From assembly GCA_964494815.1 (NCBI GenBank), contig CAZBTD010000003.1, positions 4,760-68,759 of the forward strand: DNA of 64,000 nt, written 5' to 3'. The notes under the pieces are model-generated. The model worked only from the letters and a program-made list of their open reading frames with translations. It was not told the DNA's origin and made no database searches. Of the stretch, positions 1 through 9,889 are shown piece by piece (the first letter of the stretch is position 1; every line of letters starts with the position of its first letter). The stretch is from an uncultured Ferruginibacter sp. (lineage in GTDB: Bacteria > Bacteroidota > Bacteroidia > Chitinophagales > Chitinophagaceae). Position numbers and translations under genes: made by a program.

Positions 1-2137
1 CTGTAGAAACGCCTGCTGGTAATACCACTTCTAATTGTGTATTGTCTTCTGTTGCTATAGCAAAACAATAAGAACGGTTGGCAGTAGAACTGCTGTTAAA
101 CCTTTGTGTAAAGTTAAGAGAAGTATATTCCCTTCCAAGCGTTGGTGTGGGGAACAGCACCGTAACAGCATATACCTGCGAAGTAATGTTGTGTGCATAA
201 GCCACAATAGGTTGGTCGCTCACAATATGAATACCAGCATTTGAAACACCCTCTGTTCTCAACCTTGCATCCACACCCACCACAGCACCTTCAGGAATTT
301 CATTGGCATTGGTTGTAAGTACCGAGTTGGCTGGTACTATATAGCTAACAGGAGTAAAACCTGCCTGATTGGGAATTGAGATTGTAACGTTAGCTGCAAC
401 ACTATTTGGGTTGTTGAACGTAAAACGTAAATCCTGGCTGTTATCGCCAGTCATTTTTTCTGTGGCACCATAGCCCACCCAAAAATCTTTTCCTTTATTG
501 GAGAAGCCCTGTTTACCCTGGCCGCCCGTAGGCTCAATAGCGCCGGTTACTTTTACTTTTGCAACTGGCGCTCCGCCACCAGTATTATTAATCAGCTTAT
601 CATAGCTTGCCAGCGCTGCCGGAGAAAACACAACATAAACAGTAGTGGCTGCTAATGTAGCTGTACTGTATGGAACAGTAATAGATCCTGCAAAACCGGA
701 ACCACTTGATAACGATACTGTATAGCCCGGAGGCGCTGTAACAGTAATATTGCCTGATGCCGGTTCTAAATAATAACCTGACAAAGTATATGACTGTACT
801 GTTGAAGAAGATCCTTGCAAAATAGTACCAAACGCCAATGAATCAGGCACTGCAATTAATGTTGGGGTAGCGGCCAGCGTGGTGAAAGTAAACTCATTGC
901 CGTAAGCAGTGCCTACATTATTTGTTGCATAAGCCCTTACATGATAGGTAGTATTTGCGTTAAGCACTTGCGTTATACTACTGAACCCCCCTGTTCCGGT
1001 ACCATTAGTTGTAAACGGATCGGCAGTTATTACAGGCGTACCGGCTGTATTCCAGCAAACACCTCTTTGTGTAACTGCATTGCCACCATCATCGGTTACA
1101 TTACCTCCTGTTGCGGCAGACACAGGTGTGATACCGGAAACAGCCGTAGTGGTAACAGTGGGTAATATTGGAGCATCGGTTGTAAAAGTAAGGTCAGCTC
1201 CATAGCTTGTACCAACACCATTGGTTGCATACGCCCTGTAATGATATAATGTGCCTGCTGTAAGACCTGTAATATTTACATTGAAAGCACCACTGCTAAC
1301 AACAGGACTGGTAGCCAAATAATCTCCGCTTATATCAGGATTGGCTGCTGTACCCCAGCAGATACCGCTTTCTGTAACGGCAGATGAAACTGGTGTAATA
1401 TCACCGCTGGCAGTAGCCGTACTCCTTGTAACAGCACTGCTGCCCGTGGTGGTAACGGTGGGGGCTGGCCCGGAAACAACAGTATTGCCCCCAAATACCA
1501 CATTGCCTATTGTATTTGTTCTGTTTGTTGTGGCTGATGAACCAGACGTTTGCCAATAAACATACATTCTTATTACATAAGTATGGCCGCTTGTAAATGT
1601 AGCGCTGATAGTACCGTTGTAATTGGTGCTGCTGCCACTGAATGTATGAGGAAATGCAGGTGTACCTGTAATGGGAATCCATGCTCCTGCACCATCAACC
1701 TGGTAAGCAAGTTCCACAGCACTTAGTCCACTTCCGCCTGATGTTCTTGAATTGAAAGTGAGCGTTGTGAAATTGATATCAAAACCACTCACCGGCGCAA
1801 TGGGAAAATCAAGACGGTAATTGTCTGATGCTGAGGTGGGCCAATTTGCCCTTGTGGTTTGTATGCCATATCCATTAGTACCATAAGTGCCGGTGCCAGT
1901 TGCCTGGAATGGCGCCATGGTGCCGGCGCTGATGTTTGCAGCCTGTGTACCACCCAATGCATTAGACCCATTGGATGTAAGTACCCAGGTGGCTGTAAAC
2001 TGTGCATTGGTATTTATTGTTACAAAGAATATTCCTGCGGCTAACAGGAACATTTTAAAAAAATGCTGGCTGAAATATTTTTTTGAATTGATTTGAAGCG
2101 GCTGGCTTTTAACAAGACGATGGCAAGTTCTTTTCAT
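1..2137 (-). CDS. Large secreted/surface protein, runs off the left edge: jelly-roll-like domain, two FN3-like repeats, Ig-like module, IgGFc-binding-type domain
   Basis: Not in the ORF track (no stop in window). Manually translated open frame from ATG 2137 (MKRTCHRLVK...FLLAAGIFFVTINTNAQF) to the edge. Two repeats PTVTTT...G(I/V)CW...YHxRAYATNxVGTxYG at about 1463-1180 and 1163-880. Then SNKGKDFWVGY...GIHIVSDQPIVAYAH...LFPTPTLGREY...AIATEDNT, typical of IgGFc-binding N-terminal domains. Confidence 0.85.
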   Translation of the reverse strand, partial: MKRTCHRLVKSQPLQINSKKYFSQHFFKMFLLAAGIFFVTINTNAQFTATWVLTSNGSNALGGTQAANISAGTMAPFQATGTGTYGTNGYGIQTTRANWPTSASDNYRLDFPIAPVSGFDINFTTLTFNSRTSGGSGLSAVELAYQVDGAGAWIPITGTPAFPHTFSGSSTNYNGTISATFTSGHTYVIRMYVYWQTSGSSATTNRTNTIGNVVFGGNTVVSGPAPTVTTTGSSAVTRSTATASGDITPVSSAVTESGICWGTAANPDISGDYLATSPVVSSGAFNVNITGLTAGTLYHYRAYATNGVGTSYGADLTFTTDAPILPTVTTTAVSGITPVSAATGGNVTDDGGNAVTQRGVCWNTAGTPVITADPFTTNGTGTGGFSSITQVLNANTTYHVRAYATNNVGTAYGNEFTFTTLAATPTLIAVPDSLAFGTILQGSSSTVQSYTLSGYYLEPASGNITVTAPPGYTVSLSSGSGFAGSITVPYSTATLAATTVYVVFSPAALASYDKLINNTGGGAPVAKVKVTGAIEPTGGQGKQGFSNKGKDFWVGYGATEKMTGDNSQDLRFTFNNPNSVAANVTISIPNQAGFTPVSYIVPANSVLTTNANEIPEGAVVGVDARLRTEGVSNAGIHIVSDQPIVAYAHNITSQVYAVTVLFPTPTLGREYTSLNFTQRFNSSSTANRSYCFAIATEDNTQLEVVLPAGVST

Positions 2138-2248
2138 AATTTTTGGCAGTTAATTCATGCAATACAAACAGGCATAATTATACCCTTGTAATTTCCCGGT
2201 AAGCTACACAATAAACCAAAAAACTTATTTTATGTGAATTGATTTTTT

Positions 2249-2263
2249 TATGCAATCGTTGCC
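2249..2263. promoter_or_regulatory. LacI-family operator, copy 1 (TATGCAATCGTTGCC)
   Basis: Near-palindrome with central CG, resembling TGNAANCGNTTNCA; recurs at 4717 and 7827. Confidence 0.7.
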
Positions 2264-2366
2264 GGTAACGAGCAGCTTTTTCTCAATGAAAATGTATGCA
2301 AAAAAACATTGAAATGTTTTAGCAAAAACGCCTTAAACAAGCAATGTAATTTTATTTTTTGTGCAC

Positions 2367-2399
2367 AAAAAACAAGGGGTTGCATTACTGCAACCCCTT
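2367..2399 (-). terminator. Rho-independent terminator
   Basis: AAGGGGTTGCA-TTAC-TGCAACCCCTT perfect 11-bp stem with U-tract on the minus strand, just after the stop at 2423. Confidence 0.85.
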
Positions 2400-2422
2400 T
2401 GGTTTCTGCTCAATGAAACCGT

Positions 2423-4405
2423 TTATTCCACTACAATTTTCCTGCTAATACCATCAGCATTGTTACTGATTGACATATTATAAACTCCTTTTTTAACTGA
2501 TGCCGGCAGTTCTACACTGTAAGCTGCTGTGCCGCCGTTATGATTAATATTTTGTGTAAATATTTTTTGGCCCATGTTGTTATACATTGTTACACTATAA
2601 ACTGCTTTATCCATTGCATCAAACTGCACATTAACAGTATTTCCTTTAACAGGGTTTGGATAAACATTTACACCTGTTCCGCCAGCAGACAAGCGTACAT
2701 TTAAGATACTGCTGTACTTAACAGCGCCATTACGTTCGGTTACTTTTATCCTGTAATAATTGTTCTTTGTAAATGGTGTTGCATCAAAATAAGTATAGCT
2801 GTTTAGGCTGCCGTTATTTGTTTTTGGCTGCAATGAGATAACTGCAGTAAAGTTGCTGCCGTCAGCAGATTTTTCAATGCTGTAGTTAGCAATATTTTCC
2901 TCTGTTGCGTTACCAAATTCAACCTGTACACCGCTTAATTTTTGATACGCCCTTACGTTTACAAATGAAACTGGTGTGGTGCCGCTGTTAGAAAGAATAA
3001 AGAATCCAAAAGCGCTGAAGCCTTTTGCTTTTGCCACATAAGGGTCAGCTGCACTACCGGTTCCTGTAACAGAAGCAGATGAAGGTACCCATGTAGAACC
3101 ATTCCAACGATGAACAAATACAGGATTAGCACCACTAAAACCACCAGTTTGGTCAGCTGTTGTCCATTGAAAGCGAAGTGTATCTGCTTCATTACCGCCG
3201 GCTGTTGCTTCAGAAATATTCCATTCCTTTTGCAAAGAGTTTGCCGGAGCAGGATTAGTAAAAGTATTTTTTAGCGTAACAGTAAATACTTCCGAAGGGC
3301 CACTGCCATTAATAGTAAGCGGAGTATAACTTGTAAGGCTTGTTCCGATATTAAATTCAATTTTTGTTCCATCGGCAGGTACTGTTCTTCTTAAAGAGCC
3401 ATTGCCAGATACTACAAAGTAAATATTGGGAGAAGCTGCGGCGGCACCTACTGTTCCTGTTTTAAGATTGGATGTAAGTGTTGCATCAACTAAACCACCG
3501 TTATTAATATTCAAATAAACGCCACCTAATGAGGTTGCAATTGTATCTGCCTTAAAATAAGCACCCAACTTTAATACACCACTCACATTCAGGGTTATTG
3601 TTGATGCTGCATTTTGAAAAGGTATCAATTTGGTTCCGCCAGTGGTACTTGTATGTGCACTCAAATCCAATGTGCCATTGATATTATACACAAATTTACC
3701 GTTGGCAGTAGCAGAAGACGAAAGGTCATTGTGAAAATAACTTGTGGGGTCAGTTAAAGTAATTGTTCTTCCTGCTGCAATTGTAAGACTTGTTGAATCA
3801 TTTGAAGGTGTTGAGTTCATAGCAGCGAATGCATAGTTCCCACTCTGGCTAAACTGAATGTCTTTATCAAAAAGAACACTTGCACCAGTACCGGCATTTA
3901 AACTGGCGCTGCCTGGGTAGTTTAAGTTTCCATTGTTTGGTCTAAACCTGCCCATTTGTATGGTTCCTGTGCCTGTTACCCATAATGATTTACAGGAAGT
4001 TCCTAACTCCAACGCAAATTGTGAACCGGGCGCTCCTAAGGTGCCATCTACCTGTAGCGTATCTACAAAGCCACCACCAAGGGCACTTGACGCAACACCA
4101 ACTCTTAGTGTAGCTCCCGGTGTAAGCGTTCCACCTGTTTCAACAATAAGATTCAGGCAACTTTTGGTAGCAGCTGTTGTTACTGTGTGTCCATTACGTA
4201 CATACACAATATTGTTGGATGTTGGAACTTGTCCTGATATTGCCGGAGCCCAGGTAGGGCTTGGGTTATATACATTTGTCGTTCTTTCCCAAATGGCAAA
4301 GTTGTCCCAATCTCCACTAGCTATTGACCGGTACGCTGTTTGCGAAAAACTACTAACATTGAATAGAATCACAAAAACAGAAAGTAGTGTAAATCCTTTT
4401 TTCAT
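2423..4405 (-). CDS. T9SS type A sorting domain-containing secreted protein, function unknown
   Basis: Signal peptide MKKGFTLLSVFVILFNVSSFSQ; N-terminal YRSIASGDW...W...VRNGHTVT module; PVSF linker domain; C-terminal VYPNPV...GVYNMSI...KIVVE. Confidence 0.85.
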   Translation of the reverse strand: MKKGFTLLSVFVILFNVSSFSQTAYRSIASGDWDNFAIWERTTNVYNPSPTWAPAISGQVPTSNNIVYVRNGHTVTTAATKSCLNLIVETGGTLTPGATLRVGVASSALGGGFVDTLQVDGTLGAPGSQFALELGTSCKSLWVTGTGTIQMGRFRPNNGNLNYPGSASLNAGTGASVLFDKDIQFSQSGNYAFAAMNSTPSNDSTSLTIAAGRTITLTDPTSYFHNDLSSSATANGKFVYNINGTLDLSAHTSTTGGTKLIPFQNAASTITLNVSGVLKLGAYFKADTIATSLGGVYLNINNGGLVDATLTSNLKTGTVGAAAASPNIYFVVSGNGSLRRTVPADGTKIEFNIGTSLTSYTPLTINGSGPSEVFTVTLKNTFTNPAPANSLQKEWNISEATAGGNEADTLRFQWTTADQTGGFSGANPVFVHRWNGSTWVPSSASVTGTGSAADPYVAKAKGFSAFGFFILSNSGTTPVSFVNVRAYQKLSGVQVEFGNATEENIANYSIEKSADGSNFTAVISLQPKTNNGSLNSYTYFDATPFTKNNYYRIKVTERNGAVKYSSILNVRLSAGGTGVNVYPNPVKGNTVNVQFDAMDKAVYSVTMYNNMGQKIFTQNINHNGGTAAYSVELPASVKKGVYNMSISNNADGISRKIVVE

Positions 4406-4716
4406 ACACTTATTTTTTATACTTGTTGAAATTAATTTTATTAATTGGCATTTTTAAAATGACAACAAATGCTGCCACTACAGTTAATCAAATTGTACAG
4501 AGTAAGTGATAATTTCTGACAAACATGTTGTGCGTTATAGAAACTGCAACAACTTCATTTCAACAACCGGTATATACTTTGAAAAATTTACCGGCAAGCA
4601 ATTAGTTCTAATAATCGAAAAGGATTGTACCCAGAAATAACCGAAACAAATGTATATCAATCGCTCCTTACAGAGTGAAAAAAAGCGTAGAAAGATGATA
4701 GTAAAAAACAATTTTC

Positions 4717-4731
4717 TACGCAATCGTTCCC
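4717..4731. promoter_or_regulatory. LacI-family operator, copy 2 (TACGCAATCGTTCCC)
   Basis: 13/15 and 14/15 identical to the other two copies; upstream of the 2423-4405 gene. Confidence 0.65.
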
Positions 4732-4816
4732 GATTGTTACCTTCTGATTTATCGCCAACAAAGTCGTAAATTCTCCGCTACAAAAATAAAAAGGGAGCTG
4801 TCTTTTAACAGGAAGA

Positions 4817-7663
4817 TTATTGTTTCATAAACTTTACAAACTCTACATTGTCACCGCTTACAAATACAAGATGATACAATCCGGCGGCAAGTGCTGATGC
4901 ATTTATATAAGTTTGCATTGCGTCTTTTATTACTGATGCCTGTTGCATTCTTCTTCCGTCTGCAGCATACACCTCAATCTTATCACCAGCTTTGGCTTTT
5001 GTATGAAATACGTTTATGTTATCAGTTACCAGGTTAGGCACAATCTTCAGGCTGCTTTTCTTCTTTATGGTAACCGTATTTACATTGCTGTAAACAAAGC
5101 TGCCATCCTTGTTCTTCATTTTTAACCTGTACCATATTGTGCCCTGCAAGTTGGCATTGTCATAAAATTGATAATAGTGCTGGCCACTGGTGTTTTTGGC
5201 TGGCATATATCCTATGTATGAAAAATGGATACCGTCACTGCTGCGTTCAATATCAAAACCCTGCATATTTACTTCCTGCTCAGTATTGAACCCAAGCCGT
5301 ACTTTATTATCAAAATATACAGCAGTAAAATAAACAAGCTGCAATGGAAGCACTGTGATGGCTTCTCCTTTAATCGAAACATTTTTTAACATGGCAAACC
5401 TTGGCGTTCCTGTACTGCTGCAAGCCCAGTAAAGCCTGATGGTAAGAGTATCTGCAGTACCCATACTTATACCGGTGTTGCTGTTTAACGCCAGCGAATA
5501 GTAGTTTACCGGGCCGGCATTGTTTTGTGCCAACGTAAATGATTTACTAAAAGTGCCGCTGCTTCCCAATACCAGCACACTGCCTGATGGGCCAATACCA
5601 TCACTAAACTCTGTAGAATCGCCGGGAGAAGTGAATCCATTTAATGAATATGCTGCAGACATTTTAACGCCGCTTTGTGTGCCATAAAAATCAGTGTAAA
5701 ATGTAATGGAATCAACCCGTACAGTACTTAAAGGGTTGCGTATCACTTTAAACTCCTGGTAGTAGTTACGCTTTAATGTGCCGCCAACAGCCTGCCAGTT
5801 ATTACCAGCAGCATTAGCTCCAAATACCTGTCCATACTGAGAAGAATAAGCTGGGATAGTACCTGCTGGTGCAGGAAGGCTGCCATCGGTTAAAAACAAA
5901 TTGGTGAATGTGGGTGAGCTTGCCAATACACCCGGGTTTCTTACCAAGGCATCGTCTGCTGCATCTGTAATTAAGGGCCATTTTTGTAACTGGCTTGAAG
6001 AAACTGCCGGCAAAGTTCTGCCTTTTACAGGAATAATTATTGGGCTATCCCCATCAGTTATATTGGTAATCGTTCCTGTATAGTTGCCTATAGCCGCTGC
6101 ATTTAATCTTACATAAATAGTGGTGGTGGCTACAGCGCCTGCAGATGGTGTAACCGTTAAAACAGCGGTACTGTTATACCATTGTGATGCATCAGCAGAT
6201 ACTTCAAAATTTTCTGAAGGAGTGATGCTGATATTGCTGGTAAGATTAGAACCTGATATTGTATAAGTAACCGAAGGTGATGGTGTTCCTTCAATTTGAA
6301 TTAAGCCGCAAAGGCTTAATGATGCAGGTGCATTTACCTGCATATCTGCCGCATTGCTTACAAGAACAGTATCGGTAATGTGGCTTGCATAGCCAGCTTT
6401 TGAAGCAACAATATAATACCAATAACTGCTGCCGGATGCCGGAACACTTGCATCGGTATATTGAAAATTAACGGCTGTGTCTGTTGAAGGTGTGGTGGTA
6501 TATATTTCTGTATATGTGCTATTGTCTGTAGAACGGTACAGGGAATATTGTATGTTATTTAAAGGCCAGCTTATATTCCAGGTAATGTTTGATGAAGAAA
6601 CACCTTTTACAATTTTAAAATTTGAAACAGCAATATCTGTTTGTGTGCCATTGCAAATACCTGCCTGTACTGAACACGGATCCCATGTACCAAACATATT
6701 GGCCATAGTAAAAGCATCCGCTTCTACTTGTGTAAGCTGAGAGCTCCAGGGCACCCTAGCGCTAATATCTACTGCTGTGCCATCAAAGTATTTACTATTG
6801 TATTCTGAATAACGAAGATTGGCTGTAATGGTGCTTGCATTCCATACACTCCAGCCAGCGGGCTGAATATGACTGCTCATTTGTGCGTTGGTAAAAACAA
6901 CCTGTTGAGATGTAAGTGCTTCGCTTGGGCTTGGCCATGGCCTGCTTAAATAATATAAAGTGCCGCCTGTATTCGCAGGCAGCTTAGCATCCCTGAAAAC
7001 AAAACCATACTGCTGCCCTGCCGGAGTATTGGGTGCAGTAATGTAAGATGATGTGGTGGAAGGACGTGTTTTTGCATACACAACACATGAGTCGAACAAT
7101 GCGGCCGAACTGCCAAAAATGAAATCAATATTGCCATCTATGTAACAATTTTTAAAATAGCATCTTGGCGTGCCGCCGCCTTTTAAATACACCGTATCCT
7201 GGTTGCCAAGAAAGCGGCAATTTTTAAACACTGCCCTGTCTGCATTTACCAATACTGCCACCGCCTGCGAACCATCACCGTAGCTGTTTTCAAAGGTGAT
7301 ATTAACAGCTGTAAAATCTGAAGCGTTTACAGAAAAACTAGCAGAGTTTTGTGTGCCTAATGTTGTATTGCAGGAAGTATTAAGGCCAGCATAATCATCA
7401 TAGGTGAGAATGGTATTGGCAACGCTTTCACCAATAAGCTGAATAAATGTTTTGCTGGAAGGAATAGAAATTTTCTCTTTATACCTTCCATTTTTTATAT
7501 AGATAGTAAAAGGAGTTGTTCTTCCTGCCGGTGCTGCATCAATTGCTGCCTGCACCGTGGTATAATTACCAGAACCATCTTTGGCTACTGTTACATCATA
7601 CGCAAAACTCTTGCTGCAACATCCAATTATAACAGTAAATAAAACCAGAAATACATTTCTCAT
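4817..7663 (-). CDS. Pectin methylesterase (CE8) with extra Ig-like and jelly-roll modules and T9SS C-terminal domain
   Basis: CE8 motifs TVAKDGSGNY, GRYKEK, QAVAV, GNQDTVY, DFIFG, LSRPW; signal peptide; C-terminal IVPNLV...GLYHL...KFMKQ. Confidence 0.9.
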   Translation of the reverse strand: MRNVFLVLFTVIIGCCSKSFAYDVTVAKDGSGNYTTVQAAIDAAPAGRTTPFTIYIKNGRYKEKISIPSSKTFIQLIGESVANTILTYDDYAGLNTSCNTTLGTQNSASFSVNASDFTAVNITFENSYGDGSQAVAVLVNADRAVFKNCRFLGNQDTVYLKGGGTPRCYFKNCYIDGNIDFIFGSSAALFDSCVVYAKTRPSTTSSYITAPNTPAGQQYGFVFRDAKLPANTGGTLYYLSRPWPSPSEALTSQQVVFTNAQMSSHIQPAGWSVWNASTITANLRYSEYNSKYFDGTAVDISARVPWSSQLTQVEADAFTMANMFGTWDPCSVQAGICNGTQTDIAVSNFKIVKGVSSSNITWNISWPLNNIQYSLYRSTDNSTYTEIYTTTPSTDTAVNFQYTDASVPASGSSYWYYIVASKAGYASHITDTVLVSNAADMQVNAPASLSLCGLIQIEGTPSPSVTYTISGSNLTSNISITPSENFEVSADASQWYNSTAVLTVTPSAGAVATTTIYVRLNAAAIGNYTGTITNITDGDSPIIIPVKGRTLPAVSSSQLQKWPLITDAADDALVRNPGVLASSPTFTNLFLTDGSLPAPAGTIPAYSSQYGQVFGANAAGNNWQAVGGTLKRNYYQEFKVIRNPLSTVRVDSITFYTDFYGTQSGVKMSAAYSLNGFTSPGDSTEFSDGIGPSGSVLVLGSSGTFSKSFTLAQNNAGPVNYYSLALNSNTGISMGTADTLTIRLYWACSSTGTPRFAMLKNVSIKGEAITVLPLQLVYFTAVYFDNKVRLGFNTEQEVNMQGFDIERSSDGIHFSYIGYMPAKNTSGQHYYQFYDNANLQGTIWYRLKMKNKDGSFVYSNVNTVTIKKKSSLKIVPNLVTDNINVFHTKAKAGDKIEVYAADGRRMQQASVIKDAMQTYINASALAAGLYHLVFVSGDNVEFVKFMKQ

Positions 7664-7826
7664 AAAAAAACCTTGTTTGCAACACTTCGGCTGCTTTATT
7701 ACTAACTATAAAAAAATTAAAAGGGAAGAAAATAGCAGATTTCAAAAATGGGGTATGGTACTATGACAAAGCCGCACAAAATACCTTTATAATAGTAAAA
7801 AACTAAAGTAATTATTAGGATTTAAT

Positions 7827-7841
7827 TACGCAATCGTTGCC
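7827..7841. promoter_or_regulatory. LacI-family operator, copy 3 (TACGCAATCGTTGCC)
   Basis: In the divergent region between the pectinesterase and lacI genes. Confidence 0.72.
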
Positions 7842-7981
7842 ATGCAATTAAACTTAAAAACAACGGCTTATCATTCAATTTGCGGAAAAAACTGATTGTA
7901 AAAAAAAACTACCTTTACCCTTGCAAATGTCGTTACTTCGGGCTTGCCGTTAACGATTACAAAACAGCGATTGTATTAAAC

Positions 7982-9001
7982 ATGTACGAAGCAATTACCA
8001 TTAAAGATATTGGCAAGGCATTGGGCTTGTCAACATCCACCGTATCAAGAGCTTTGCGTGGGAGCTATGAAATAAGTTCGGAAACAAAAAAATTAGTACT
8101 TGAATACGCAGAAAAAATAAACTACCGGCCCAACCCGGTTGCATTAAGTTTAAAAGGAAGAAGGAACTGCTCTATAGGAGTAGTGGTAAGTGAAATTGCC
8201 AATAACTTTTTTTCACAGGCCATCAATGGTATTGAGTCTATTGCTTATAACCGGGGTTATCATATCATTATCTCACAAAGTCATGAGTCTGCTGAACGGG
8301 AGGCTGTCAACGTCAACCATCTTGCTTCAAGATCGGTAGATGGATTGTTGGTTTCTCTTTCAAGCGAAACAAAAGATTTATCGCACATTACAAGTTTGCA
8401 TGACAAGGGTTTGCCCATCGTATTTTTCGACAGGATTACCAACGATATAAATACATTTAAAGTTATTGCCGATAATCAAAAAGCGGCGTATGACGCCACC
8501 ACTCATTTAATTAAAAGGGGATTTACAAAAATTGCCCATATTACCAGCGCTGCCACATTATCCATTACTGGTGAAAGACTGGAAGGTTATAAAAAAGCAC
8601 TGGTAGAAAATAATATTTCTTTTAATGAAAAATATGTGCAGCACTGCAGCCATGGCGGCATGGTATCCGAAGAAATAGAAGAAGCCTTGAAAAAATTAAT
8701 GTCGCAAAAACAAAAACCCAATGCTGTAGTAACTGCCAGCGACAGAATAACAACAGGCTTGCTTAGTGCTATGAAAAAAATGGATTTAAAAGCCCCCGGC
8801 GATCTTGCCGTGGTTGGTTTTACCAATACCAATGTGCCGGAAATTTTTAACCCTCCTCTTACTACTATACGGCAACCTGCATTTGAAATGGGGCAGGTGG
8901 CAACTGAGTTATTGATAAAAATGATAGAAAGTAAACGGCCTATCACAGAATTTGAGACAAGAGTACTGAACACAGAATTGTCTGTAAGGGAGTCCTCGTA
9001 A
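7982..9001 (+). CDS. LacI-family transcriptional regulator
   Basis: HTH ITIKDIGKALGLSTSTVSRAL, hinge YRPNPVALSL, PPLTTIRQP. Start moved from 7880 to ATG 7982. Confidence 0.95.
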   Translation: MYEAITIKDIGKALGLSTSTVSRALRGSYEISSETKKLVLEYAEKINYRPNPVALSLKGRRNCSIGVVVSEIANNFFSQAINGIESIAYNRGYHIIISQSHESAEREAVNVNHLASRSVDGLLVSLSSETKDLSHITSLHDKGLPIVFFDRITNDINTFKVIADNQKAAYDATTHLIKRGFTKIAHITSAATLSITGERLEGYKKALVENNISFNEKYVQHCSHGGMVSEEIEEALKKLMSQKQKPNAVVTASDRITTGLLSAMKKMDLKAPGDLAVVGFTNTNVPEIFNPPLTTIRQPAFEMGQVATELLIKMIESKRPITEFETRVLNTELSVRESS

Positions 9002-9104
9002 ATATTGTTTAATTGTTAAATGGCTTCATATAGTTCGGTTCTTTTGTAAAATGTGCCCTATCAACAATTCGACAATATATCAATGCTACAATTTAAATTT
9101 TCAG

Positions 9105-9866
9105 ATGATAAACTTCAGGGTAGATAATAAACTTGCATTAGTAACAGGATGCAACAAAGGAATAGGAATGGCTATTGCTGTGGCACTGGCCGAAAGCGGT
9201 GCTGATATTATTGGTGTAAGCAGCAGTATGCCGGAGAGTGGCAGTGAAGTGGAAAAAGCTGTAACATCAGCCGGAAGAAAATTTTATCCATATAAAGCAG
9301 ATTTTACCAACAGGGATTCTTTGTATAATTTTTTAACTGCTGTGGTAAAAGATCATCCTGCAATTGATATTCTCATCAACAATGCAGGCCACATTCTGCG
9401 GAAGCCAGCGGCAGAGCATCCTGATGAATATTGGGATACCATTATCGATATTAACCTGAATGCTCAGTTTATTATTACCAGGGAAATCGGCAAGCAGATG
9501 CTGCAAAACAAATACGGAAAAATTATTTTTACTGCATCACTGCTGAGTTTCCAGGGCGGTATTAATGTGCCTGGCTACGCAGCCAGCAAAGGTGCTATTG
9601 CTTCTTTATTAAAAGCATTTGCCAACGAATGGGCAAAAAACGGCATCACTGTAAATGGGGTGGCGCCTGGTTATATTGCCACCGACAACACAATACAACT
9701 TCGTGCCGATGCAGAAAGAAATGCGGCCATACTTTCCCGTATTCCGGCAGGCAGATGGGGAACCCCAGAAGATCTTACCGGTGCATTTGTTTTTCTTTCT
9801 TCTCCTGCTTCTGACTATATCAATGGAACAATACTTACGGTGGATGGCGGATGGATGGGAAGGTGA
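9105..9866 (+). CDS. kduD: 2-dehydro-3-deoxy-D-gluconate 5-dehydrogenase (SDR)
   Basis: TGCNKGIG, NNAG, ASLLSFQGGINVPGYAASKG, RIPAGRWG, DGGWMGR; pectin context. Start moved to ATG 9105. Confidence 0.88.
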   Translation: MINFRVDNKLALVTGCNKGIGMAIAVALAESGADIIGVSSSMPESGSEVEKAVTSAGRKFYPYKADFTNRDSLYNFLTAVVKDHPAIDILINNAGHILRKPAAEHPDEYWDTIIDINLNAQFIITREIGKQMLQNKYGKIIFTASLLSFQGGINVPGYAASKGAIASLLKAFANEWAKNGITVNGVAPGYIATDNTIQLRADAERNAAILSRIPAGRWGTPEDLTGAFVFLSSPASDYINGTILTVDGGWMGR

Positions 9867-9889
9867 TAACAAGACAGAAAGCAAAAGCA

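Noticed and set aside
35-2096. Short ORFs in the track within 1-2.1 kb
   Set aside because: They are shadows of the single long minus-strand frame starting at 2137.
4785-4815. Possible terminator after the pectinesterase
   Set aside because: Only a 4-bp stem (CTGT/ACAG); the GGGAG arm has no partner.
7945-7976. Weaker operator-like sites (TAACGATTAC, AGCGATTGTA); also near 4655
   Set aside because: Too degenerate to call without a weight matrix.
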